From an uncultured Acidobacteriota bacterium (lineage in GTDB: Bacteria; Acidobacteriota; Terriglobia; Acidiferrales; UBA7541): DNA of 64,000 nucleotides. Positions 1-8,411 of the stretch are shown one piece after another. The notes under the pieces were generated by a model. It did no database searches. It was given only the letters and a program-made list of their open reading frames with translations, and was not told where the DNA came from. Location: contig CAVQZW010000007.1 in the NCBI GenBank assembly GCA_963718785.1, forward strand, positions 3,303 through 67,302. Reading direction: 5' to 3'. Both the position numbers and the translations under genes were made by a program. The stretch's first letter is position 1, and each line of letters opens with the position of its first letter.

Positions 1-261
1 CCGCCGCCGCTCCTCGCAATGAATAGTTGTCCGATTGCAACGACTGAATCAGCCCCGGAACGATGCGCGCGTCCTGAAACGCTGCGAGCGCCTATGCGAC
101 ATCCGGCTGAAGTCCAACTCCTTTGTCTGTAGCACGTCCAGCAACGGGCAAATGGGTCGCAGATCACCCAGCTTTGCAAGCCCCGCGCAAGGGTGCTTAC
201 AACACTTCTACGCTGGTTCAATATGTTACTGTATGATATACTATGAAAGAGATTTAATAAC

Positions 262-645
262 ATGAGATCATTTCTCTTGGCGATCCTTTCCCTCACACCG
301 ACCATTGTCCTAGCGCAATACCCTAAGCCGATAACCTTAACCGTCACAAAGATAACGAGAGAGCGAAAGCCCACGCCAGTCTGCGATAATTGCGGCTACG
401 TTACGACCATCGAGGCGCATAGTGCCACCGCGAGTTTCATCTTGGTGTGTGAATCCCGCATATTTCCAGAACATCCGCAAAACAATTCAGTCTGCGCACA
501 GTTTGAAACAGGCGTGCATGAAGCCAGGATGCTGGAAGCTGATCTAATTACCTTTTGGCCGCAGAATTCCGTTAGCGAACGGGGGGCGCATCACGAATAT
601 TACGCGGTTATTGTCGAAGAGGCGCGAGCAGGAGAACACAACTAG
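262..645 (+). CDS. Exported hypothetical protein (127 aa)
   Basis: N-terminal signal-like stretch MRSFLLAILSLTPTIVLAQ; CDNC and further Cys residues. Confidence 0.6.
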   Translation: MRSFLLAILSLTPTIVLAQYPKPITLTVTKITRERKPTPVCDNCGYVTTIEAHSATASFILVCESRIFPEHPQNNSVCAQFETGVHEARMLEADLITFWPQNSVSERGAHHEYYAVIVEEARAGEHN

Positions 646-822
646 ACAGAGTTGCAGTCGTACCGGGGCACAGAAACTAATACGACTCTTGCACCGGAAT
701 TGAGCATCAGAAAATATCGCCGTGAGTAGGGCGGCCACGATTACGCAAATCAGAGTTGCGATCAGCAATGAACCCTGGCTTGGACGAATCCCGTAGGCGA
801 CATGAGAGGTGGGTTGGCTCAT
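544..822 (-). CDS. Possible small membrane protein
   Basis: GGAG 5 nt before ATG 822 and hydrophobic LLIATLICVIVAALLTAIF, but it overlaps the convergent 262-645 ORF by about 100 nt. Confidence 0.3.
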   Translation of the reverse strand: MSQPTSHVAYGIRPSQGSLLIATLICVIVAALLTAIFSDAQFRCKSRISFCAPVRLQLCLVVFSCSRLFDNNRVIFVMRPPFANGILRPKGN

Positions 823-922
823 GTTTTCTCCTTGACGACCTATCCCTTCCATGTTTACTGTACTATTTATATCAGTATGAGATATCTGTCAAGCACAATC
901 ACTCGAAGTTAAGGTGGCAATC

Positions 923-1111
923 ATGGCGAGGAAAAACAAGCCAGCCGAACAACCGGATTCACTTCGGGCAACTATTCTCTACAACAAAGTGATGCTCGAT
1001 GCAGTCTTCGAGGTTCTCGAACAGAAGCGTATTTTGACTCGGGAAGAAGTAGAGAATCGTGCCAGCGACATCCTGCACAAGGCATGCCCTGTTTTCCCCT
1101 GGTTACAGTGA
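923..1111 (+). CDS. Small hypothetical protein (62 aa)
   Basis: AAGGTGG before ATG 923; helical-looking sequence LDAVFEVLEQKRILTREEV. Confidence 0.55.
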   Translation: MARKNKPAEQPDSLRATILYNKVMLDAVFEVLEQKRILTREEVENRASDILHKACPVFPWLQ

Positions 1112-1134
1112 TCTTAGCCTTGGTCCGGCGGTAT

Positions 1135-1338
1135 TCACGCTCCGCCACCCAAATATCGGCGAAGCGCCGCACGCTCAACCCCGAGCACCTTGGCAGCCCT
1201 AGCGCGACTCCCTCCGCACATCTCCAGCACTCGCTGAACGTGGAGATATTCGAGTCCTCTTAACGTAACGCTATAGCACTCGACAAACGGCTTGCGAACC
1301 TGCGTAGATTCTGGACCTGAACCTGCACTTTTGTGCAT
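1135..1338 (-). CDS. Fis-type (HTH_8) small DNA-binding protein
   Basis: HVQRVLEMCGGSRARAAKVLGVERAALRRYL matches the Fis/NtrC C-terminal HTH pattern; GGGAGG before ATG 1338. Confidence 0.7.
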   Translation of the reverse strand: MHKSAGSGPESTQVRKPFVECYSVTLRGLEYLHVQRVLEMCGGSRARAAKVLGVERAALRRYLGGGA

Positions 1339-1383
1339 TTCAATCCTCCCAAAGTGAAATTGAAACATTGAAACGTCGTTCTG

Positions 1384-1797
1384 CTATAGAGAGCGGTCAG
1401 GTCCGGCCAGCTCTGCAAACGGGATTCCAGGCAGCACCGGTTCCGTTTCCTCTGCAATGATCTCGTCAGCGTATTCCTCGAACTCTTCCGGCTCGTGCGA
1501 GCACTCATCGGAGTCCGAGTCCTGTATATCCTCCAAAACTTCTGCCATCAAATGAAGTTCGTATTTCAACTCCTGACGCGTCTCGTTGGCATCTTCGTAA
1601 CTGCCCAAAGTAATTTCCTCGCTGAGGCGTTCTCCAAGATTCACGATATTGGAACGGCAGAATTTAACCTTCTCAAAGAGAGTTTCGGGACCAATGAGCT
1701 GCGGCGTCTCACCCAAGGGCCTACCTGCCGCGCAGTTGCTGATCCACTCAGCCATACTAGGCGGCGCAAGAACCTCAACAGGTCTCGGCTCGGTCAT
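1384..1797 (-). CDS. Acidic hypothetical protein (137 aa)
   Basis: GGTGGAG before ATG; D/E-rich C-terminus containing PEEFEEYADEIIAEE. Confidence 0.65.
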   Translation of the reverse strand: MTEPRPVEVLAPPSMAEWISNCAAGRPLGETPQLIGPETLFEKVKFCRSNIVNLGERLSEEITLGSYEDANETRQELKYELHLMAEVLEDIQDSDSDECSHEPEEFEEYADEIIAEETEPVLPGIPFAELAGPDRSL

Positions 1798-1827
1798 GTC
1801 GCTCCACCCTTTCTGAAGCTTGAAACG

Positions 1828-2199
1828 TTACCTTGCTTCAGGCAAACAGTTAGTTTTGACCGACTCTGCGGACGGGACTGCGGGAAGTCCAATTACCTCG
1901 ACAGCTTCCTCCGCAATTATCTCGTTCGCGTATGCCGCGAACTCTTCAGGGGAGAGTCGAGGCAATCCAAATCGCTCGAATACAAATAGGTCGGATACCA
2001 TCGCGCCGAGCGCCTCACTAGGTATGTCGTAGTGGTCGGCCCACTGCTCCAATGCGCAGTGGAGATCAAGCAGCGCCCCTCGACAAGCCTGGGTCATGCA
2101 CAAGCCATCAATCGGCTCTCGCTGCCGAGCACTCGTCCGCCTCCGCCAAGAATGCCTTCGGCGCGTCTCACGGATCGTCCAGGAAGGGACAGACGTCAT
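1828..2199 (-). CDS. Hypothetical protein; C-terminus paralogous to 1384-1797
   Basis: GGAG before ATG 2199; C-terminal PEEFAAYANEIIAEE; N-terminal half uncertain. Confidence 0.5.
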   Translation of the reverse strand: MTSVPSWTIRETRRRHSWRRRTSARQREPIDGLCMTQACRGALLDLHCALEQWADHYDIPSEALGAMVSDLFVFERFGLPRLSPEEFAAYANEIIAEEAVEVIGLPAVPSAESVKTNCLPEAR

Positions 2200-2271
2200 A
2201 ATGAGTCTCCCGATAAATCGATGTCTTACATGGTGCGCTCCCTTCCTACGACAGAGATATTTCGGCGTCAA

Positions 2272-2335
2272 TTCCGTAGATTACTGAGCCCTAAGTACGG
2301 AACGTAAGTTTTACTACCGTATTTTACGGAGCGTA
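2272..2335. promoter_or_regulatory. Cluster of TACGG boxes, putative operator array
   Basis: TACGGAACGTA 2296-2306 and TACGGAGCGTA 2325-2335; inverted TTCCGTA 2272-2278 and CCGTA 2317-2321. Confidence 0.4.
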
Positions 2336-2364
2336 TTTCGGCGAAGAACAAAATTACCTGGCGG

Positions 2365-2961
2365 TCAGCGTGGGCGCGGTGAGACAGTCTGCTTTTGATG
2401 GCCCAGGAGATACATAGGGTGTGGTCTGCTTGGAACCTTGTGTGGTCCTGTGGGGTAATTAACAGGCGGCCTGAGATCATACCAGTGCAAACCACGCTTC
2501 GTGTACCTGCTAGCCGCGAGAGTCTTGCGAGTCCCTGTACGAGTCTCAACAAACACCAAAAACACCTCCAGAGCGTCGTCCTCCAGCCTACTAATTAGCC
2601 GCTCAATTGCAAATCTGTCGGCAAAATCGAATTGTAACCCCATGCTTTTATCCGACGTGAACATGGGTTTGTGAATTGCATCAAACCCGGAAAAATACTC
2701 AGCTTTCTCAATAGGGTTTAAGGCGAGCATTACCATCTTCCCCTCGCGCTTCTTTGGTCCACGTCCGGGCCACCAGGCAGGATAAAGCGGCATCTGCCGC
2801 AGCATCCAACCGATGTCCGATGTCGTCAACGCGAGTATTGTCCCGTTGAGCGCAGGAGCGAACCGAAACACAACAAGGGCTAGAAGGGACGCCGAAAGCA
2901 CGAGGATGACCGCGATCGCGGTCACGAACACCACGAGAGCCAAGACCACGAGCGAGTTCAT
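2365..2961 (-). CDS. Membrane-anchored hypothetical protein (198 aa)
   Basis: About 30 hydrophobic N-terminal residues followed by a soluble region. Confidence 0.55.
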   Translation of the reverse strand: MNSLVVLALVVFVTAIAVILVLSASLLALVVFRFAPALNGTILALTTSDIGWMLRQMPLYPAWWPGRGPKKREGKMVMLALNPIEKAEYFSGFDAIHKPMFTSDKSMGLQFDFADRFAIERLISRLEDDALEVFLVFVETRTGTRKTLAASRYTKRGLHWYDLRPPVNYPTGPHKVPSRPHPMYLLGHQKQTVSPRPR

Positions 2962-3213
2962 CGCTCATCTCCCGCAAAGTACCGGAGCCAAGGGAGAGAT
3001 TTATCTAGGTGTTCGTCACGGCAACTCGTGCAAACCATGGAAAAGGGCATGGGCACCCTCCAGAGGGAAGCTGAAGGATTTTTACCATAGTAATTAAGTT
3101 TTATCAATGGGTGAATACACGTACTAGATAAATAAAAATGCTTGCATTGTGTATATATCTGATCTATATAGTTAGTGGTCGTGACCCTCGGCGGTCCTTT
3201 GGGGAGGAATCCG

Positions 3214-4287
3214 TTGAAGCAAGAAGCGAATCAGGCCGTTTCCGATTCGATTCAATCAACAGCTCACACTATTCGAAGCGCCGTGCGTCAAGTCGCCCGC
3301 CGTCAGTGGTGGCTATGGTCAACGGGCGTGATGGTAGTCATCTTGCTCGTCCTTGGGATCGCTTCGTTCGCGTTTCCTGGTCTCCTGTCGCAACAGCCGG
3401 ATTCAGAATTCTACAGACTGAATCTCGCCCTTGCGGTCCGAGGACTGGTCGGTTTGGTCCTACTATTCGCCATCTACGTCATTTACCAACAACTCCAAAT
3501 CCGCCGAATTGATGTGGAAGTCTTCGATGCACTCGGACAAATTCAGGATAGGGCGGAGAGGGCAAATAAGTTAGCGGGTCGCGACAGTCTGACTGATCTC
3601 TACAATCGAGAATTCGGAGAACAGCGCTTGCACGCAGAGATGTCGCGTTCACGACGCAAAACCAGGCGTTTGTCAGTTCTCCGTTTGAACCTGGAAGGGA
3701 TAGACAAGATTGACGCCCAACTCGGCTCTGCTTCCGCGGACTGTGCAACTCGGTTATTCGCGGGGCACTTGCAGAAAGAACTCCGAGACTCCGACGTTCC
3801 GATTCGTCTTGACCGAACCGAGTTCCTGATCGTGTTACCAGAATGTGGCGCTGACGAAGCGGAGATAGTCGTGAATCGTCTGAACCGGATGGTGCTCGAA
3901 TTCGGGGAGCACCGTCTAGACATCCTTGCCGGATGGGCCGATTATGTTGATGGAGACGTGCTACAAACGTTGGTAATGAGGGCAGAAAGCACCCTCCATC
4001 AGAACAAACGGAGCGAGTATGGCACAACGCAGCCCGTCAAAATCTTGGTTTCATTCGGCGGTGACAAGAAGGCTAGCGAACGCCTCGCCAGACTCACGGA
4101 CCGGGAGCGTCAGGTTTTCGAACTCTTGGTTCAGGGCAAGAGCAACAAAGAAGTGGCCGATGTTTTGGACCTCGGCGTAAGAACTGTTGACACGCACCGA
4201 AAGAACCTAATGTCCCGTTTGCAGGTACACTCCGTAACTGAACTCATCTTGCTTGCCGTCTCGGAGAAAATCATCGATGTTAAATAG
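3214..4287 (+). CDS. Two-TM + degenerate GGDEF + LuxR-type HTH fusion
   Basis: GGAGG before TTG 3214; two TM segments; DSLTDLYNR; RDSD..IRLDRTEF in place of RxxD..GGDEF; C-terminal LTDRERQVFELLVQGKSNKEVADVLDLGVRTVDTHRKNLMSRL. Confidence 0.85.
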   Translation: MKQEANQAVSDSIQSTAHTIRSAVRQVARRQWWLWSTGVMVVILLVLGIASFAFPGLLSQQPDSEFYRLNLALAVRGLVGLVLLFAIYVIYQQLQIRRIDVEVFDALGQIQDRAERANKLAGRDSLTDLYNREFGEQRLHAEMSRSRRKTRRLSVLRLNLEGIDKIDAQLGSASADCATRLFAGHLQKELRDSDVPIRLDRTEFLIVLPECGADEAEIVVNRLNRMVLEFGEHRLDILAGWADYVDGDVLQTLVMRAESTLHQNKRSEYGTTQPVKILVSFGGDKKASERLARLTDRERQVFELLVQGKSNKEVADVLDLGVRTVDTHRKNLMSRLQVHSVTELILLAVSEKIIDVK

Positions 4288-4320
4288 CTGTTGAACGACA
4301 TTTTTCCCTAATGCCGCTGC

Positions 4321-4962
4321 CTAGTTCGCAGGGGTCTTTGGCTGGGCCAGTTTCACGAAATGAACGAAAACAACGGTCTTTTCTGGCCACTCTCTACTCA
4401 AAGCAGGATCGGATTTCGAGGCCTCGCCAACAAGCGTGGTCTCAGTCAGATATAGAGCGTCATAGCCCCTCATCCATCCGACGACTGCTCGTTTGGGATG
4501 AATGCCATCAAAATCTATTGTGCGGCCCAGCATGATGGGGCCGTATTCTCTCTCGTACTGCGATAGCAATTCGTGAATCGACGGGGCATCGATAACGTAT
4601 CGAATTCTATTTAGCTGCCCATGGTTGAAAACGGCCAGGACGCGGCAGCTTCCGAAGGATAGAATCCTGAGAGAGGAAAAGACTTTTAAATCCTCGGGGC
4701 TATTGACGCAGCAGCCGATTGCCTCCACGCCGTCTTCGTCTGGGAAGCTGTGTAGTATTTCTGGAATCTGCAGAGCCGATCCGCATACGGCGCGGGGAAA
4801 CTTCGCCTTGAAATCCTCAAAACTCTCGCCAAGCGCGTTACCTCCCAAAGTGATAGATTTGCTCGGGGGTTGCGATCGAACAGCCGACCCCAGGCCAGTG
4901 ACGACTGCAGCGGTAATGATGATCTTGGGTAGCCACTTCGCATTCGAACCTATCGATTTCAT
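4321..4962 (-). CDS. Exported hypothetical protein (213 aa)
   Basis: Signal-like KIIITAAVVTGLGSAVRS; long ORF convergent with the GGDEF-LuxR gene. Confidence 0.6.
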   Translation of the reverse strand: MKSIGSNAKWLPKIIITAAVVTGLGSAVRSQPPSKSITLGGNALGESFEDFKAKFPRAVCGSALQIPEILHSFPDEDGVEAIGCCVNSPEDLKVFSSLRILSFGSCRVLAVFNHGQLNRIRYVIDAPSIHELLSQYEREYGPIMLGRTIDFDGIHPKRAVVGWMRGYDALYLTETTLVGEASKSDPALSREWPEKTVVFVHFVKLAQPKTPAN

Positions 4963-5279
4963 GGTCAGCTCCTCTCCTACGTATCTTGGGACAGCGTCCC
5001 GCCGCGATCAGTGCACGTTCCTAACCATCATTTGTGTTTTCTAATGTCACTTCTGGGCTGTCGCAGATCGAAGAAACCAAAGATGTTAGATGCCCCGTTC
5101 TGAAACAGCGCCGGAATGCAGCGGTCCACAGGCAGGACACTCTTCCCGAATTGGAACTCCCAAAATGGGAATTCCGTAGTCAGAGTTTCATGCAACACTG
5201 TAAGTAGACTATAGTTATAAGTTAATTATTCTGGCTAAGAAATTGCAAACCTCTGTCCCGATGCATGGGCGGAGGCTTT

Positions 5280-6977
5280 GTGAAACTTCTATTCGCTCTG
5301 AGTATTGTGTTGCTGCAAATAGAACGCACGAATGCCCAAAGCTCGGTGAGACTGGCTGAAGAAAGCACGCACTACGTGTCCGCCACTTCCTCTGAAGAAC
5401 AAAGCCGAGACTTCAACAAGACCGTCGTCCCCATTACTAAGCTCCAGTTTTATGGTCCATTTCAAACAGTCCAGTTCGGAACTGGTTTTTGTATAGACCC
5501 GGACTGCCGATTTGTCGGAACCAACTATCACGTCGCCAAGGCGATGGGTAAACACTTCAAGGTTGAGGGCAGCCCAGTTGTCCATCGTTGGCTAGGGACG
5601 GGGCCGGATGACGAAGAAGCCTCGGAAAATACGCAGTCCTTCTTCCCAGGAATGAAGTTCAAAGAGAAGTACGCCCTCATTCGTGACATCGCTATCGTAG
5701 AGCTTCGCTGGCCGCTGTCAAAAAGGGGATATCACGGCGTTACGTTTTACAACGACGATCTCCAATACGGACAGGAGGCTTACATCTATGCCTTTCCGCT
5801 TAAATGGAACCCAAAGCGCCATTTGGAGAAGTTCAAAGCCGAGTTCCTTGGTTACAACGTAAAGTACTCTAAACTACCCTGGGAAGATTTGAGCGATAAG
5901 CCACTCGTGTTCGATTACGACCAAGAAGACGGAAAATTACGCGCCGGGGCAAGCGGCGGGCTTGTGGTAGACGGGCAAGGACGCATCATCGGAATCCTCA
6001 ACGCACTGGCCTCCGATATGGAGCACACCATTACAGCCGTTCCGGTTCATTCCTTCGCAGACTTCGTAAGCCGCGTGCAGCCCTACCTGAGCACGCAACT
6101 GTTCCCCAAGAGCGTCGTGATCGCCCCAGCCTCTGCCGATAGCTACCCTGAATGGGTTCCAGTTCGCAATCACACCACCTACGATTGCGGTCAAAGCGCC
6201 CCCTGTATTCTCCAAAAACGACCAATTGAGCCTCCTGAGGTTCAGGCATTGCGCCAGAAGGCCACCGTGTTGGCCGATAGTATGCGCAATTTCATGGCGG
6301 TTCAGTCGCTTGAGTGGGGCAAGGGGGACCGGAGCAACACTCCAGAAGCTATTGCGCAATTTGAGGTTCGTGTAATCGACGGATATCAGAGATTTCGCGA
6401 GTACCCGGATGGCACTAAAGAGTTTCAAGACGTACCGTTCCCCGCCCCGCTGAACACCGCCATTGCTACCGGAGGAGAATGGGCGGAGATGCCTGACCTG
6501 GTAGGAAATAACCTGAAACTGCGCCTCAACCACGCTCCTGATATCACGATGAGTGGGGAGACATTCCATGTCTTTCAATGGGTAGGACAGATCGAGGATG
6601 ATGTTTGTAAGTTTAAGACAGTAGTTGACCTAGGTTTAGCGTCCTTAAGTAAAGTCAACACTCTTGACTGTTACGGAGAAGTCTGGACTGACGACGACTT
6701 AAACCTCGTCCGCGCCTCAGAGAACTACAAATTGGTAGGTACTTGGAAGAATTATCACGGCGTGGTGACTTTTGGCGTGGTGACAGTTGGCGATCACCAG
6801 GTTCGAGTCCCCATAACCATCGCTACCCAGGCGGAGTTCCGCGGCAAGCTCTACTGGTGCCAGGGGATTTTCTCCGACTATCACGAGTTCGCCTCCACGT
6901 TCAAAATCGGAAATACGGCAACAGACTTGGTGATGGATAGGGCCAAGCTCGATCACCGAGTGGACAAACCGCAATGA
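5280..6977 (+). CDS. Exported trypsin-like (S1) serine protease with C-terminal domain of unknown function
   Basis: GGAGG before GTG 5280; signal peptide; triad motifs TNYHVA, RDIAIVEL, GASGG. Confidence 0.8.
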   Translation: MKLLFALSIVLLQIERTNAQSSVRLAEESTHYVSATSSEEQSRDFNKTVVPITKLQFYGPFQTVQFGTGFCIDPDCRFVGTNYHVAKAMGKHFKVEGSPVVHRWLGTGPDDEEASENTQSFFPGMKFKEKYALIRDIAIVELRWPLSKRGYHGVTFYNDDLQYGQEAYIYAFPLKWNPKRHLEKFKAEFLGYNVKYSKLPWEDLSDKPLVFDYDQEDGKLRAGASGGLVVDGQGRIIGILNALASDMEHTITAVPVHSFADFVSRVQPYLSTQLFPKSVVIAPASADSYPEWVPVRNHTTYDCGQSAPCILQKRPIEPPEVQALRQKATVLADSMRNFMAVQSLEWGKGDRSNTPEAIAQFEVRVIDGYQRFREYPDGTKEFQDVPFPAPLNTAIATGGEWAEMPDLVGNNLKLRLNHAPDITMSGETFHVFQWVGQIEDDVCKFKTVVDLGLASLSKVNTLDCYGEVWTDDDLNLVRASENYKLVGTWKNYHGVVTFGVVTVGDHQVRVPITIATQAEFRGKLYWCQGIFSDYHEFASTFKIGNTATDLVMDRAKLDHRVDKPQ

Positions 6978-7663
6978 TCCGCTGTTTGATCTTGAGTGGA
7001 ATTGCTTGCGTCTTACTTTCCCCCTTCTGCATGCAAGCACAAGCGCCCTCCGGTGACGACAGTGCGCCTCCGAAGGCGATGAATATCCTGACCAAATCGC
7101 AGAAGCCGATACCTGCGGCGCACAAGCCAGTGTTTGTGCCTACAGGACTGGACCTCAAGGCTAGCGTTGGCTATGTCTTCACCAATTCGGGCATGCCATC
7201 TGCGGAGCGCTTTAATCTAACAGGCGTAGACGCGGCGGTTATTGCCGATCTATCGCCTTACTTTGGAGTGACGGCAGATTCCAGCTATGTCCGAGCGGCG
7301 AACGTTTTCGGCTCAGCTCACGACGCCAACGTTTTAAGTTACCTCGGCGGCCCGATACTTTATCCCGTTTCACACGGAAGGATAAAAGCATACATTCACG
7401 GCCTCGCTGGGGGAGCACGAGTATCTGGCGCTGTTCCGTCAAGCGGTATTCCCCCAACAACTGGCTACGTCAACAAATTCTCTTGGGCTGTCGGAGGTGG
7501 GGTCGAATATCAGATCTCGCCGTTGTTTGCTTTCCGAACCGGCGGTGACTATCAACACACATATTTTTACGATCCGAATATACAAATTCGAGGACAAAGC
7601 GACTTTCGCGCTGTGTGCAGTATCGTCTTCTTTGTGTGGCAGCACCCAAGAAGAAGGTTCTGA
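6974..7663 (+). CDS. Outer-membrane beta-barrel protein (OmpA/Ail-like, about 8 strands)
   Basis: Signal peptide; alternating aromatic/Gly strands (FSWAVGGGVEYQISPLFAFRTGGDYQH); ends in Phe; ATGA overlap with the protease gene. Confidence 0.75.
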   Translation: MIRCLILSGIACVLLSPFCMQAQAPSGDDSAPPKAMNILTKSQKPIPAAHKPVFVPTGLDLKASVGYVFTNSGMPSAERFNLTGVDAAVIADLSPYFGVTADSSYVRAANVFGSAHDANVLSYLGGPILYPVSHGRIKAYIHGLAGGARVSGAVPSSGIPPTTGYVNKFSWAVGGGVEYQISPLFAFRTGGDYQHTYFYDPNIQIRGQSDFRAVCSIVFFVWQHPRRRF

Positions 7664-7764
7664 AGATTTTCCTCACCTATATCTTAGGGATTGAAGTGCG
7701 TTACGCATTCAGCGAGGCGCACTATGTTTGTCGAGATGAGCATTGAGGTCAAGGATCTGAGAGC

Positions 7765-7965
7765 ATGGAAACTGTAAGAGTGTCTCCTAAATTCCAGGTC
7801 GTCATTCCCAAGAATCTCAGAGAGGCGCTCGCATTGAAGCCAGGAGAAGAATTGCAGATTTTTATTCTCGACGGGTCCATACGCCTAGAACGTCTACGTC
7901 CGATTTGCGAACTTCGCGGAGTCGCAAAAGGGATGGAATGGAAAGATGACTACCGAGAGCACTAA
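7765..7965 (+). CDS. AbrB/MazE/SpoVT-family DNA-binding protein (antitoxin type)
   Basis: METVRVSPKFQVVIPKNLREALALKPGEEL swapped-hairpin pattern. Confidence 0.85.
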   Translation: METVRVSPKFQVVIPKNLREALALKPGEELQIFILDGSIRLERLRPICELRGVAKGMEWKDDYREH

Positions 7966-8411
7966 AAAAGATTCTAACCATTTGGCGATGAACTATAGAG
8001 AATAGCCATACACGCTAAAGCTCGACTATCCAACTGCTGAACATATAGTTTTCACACGATCATATTTCACCACATTTTGGTTACGACAGAATCGACACTC
8101 CGGCACACGTTCCCGCAGGCAATGCCATCAGGATAGTCCGGCGAATAACGGGCTAAAGTTGATTGGAAGATTGACCTCCTCGCCAAGCAATTCCAGTTTG
8201 AAACATGCACCGGGAATTCGTCCTGAAATGGCGTTTAGTGTTGTGGTTCGTTTGAGACATTTTTAAGAAGTCCTGAAGATTCAATAGCGAAATATAAATC
8301 GAGTCGTTAACACATTGGCACTGCAAATGCATCTCTCTGCCAGACGCAGCTTACGAATCAGTCTGACGCTGCCGCAACTCCATCTGCTCCAAGGCAGAGA
8401 AACAGAGAAAA

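Noticed and set aside
678-688. TAATACGACTC resembling the T7 promoter
   Set aside because: Only 11 nt match, CACTATAG is absent and there is no phage RNA polymerase context; chance.
227-877. SOS-box-like TACTGTA sites at 227 and 856
   Set aside because: The first lacks the CAGTA half and the second has N12 rather than N10 spacing; not supportable as LexA sites.
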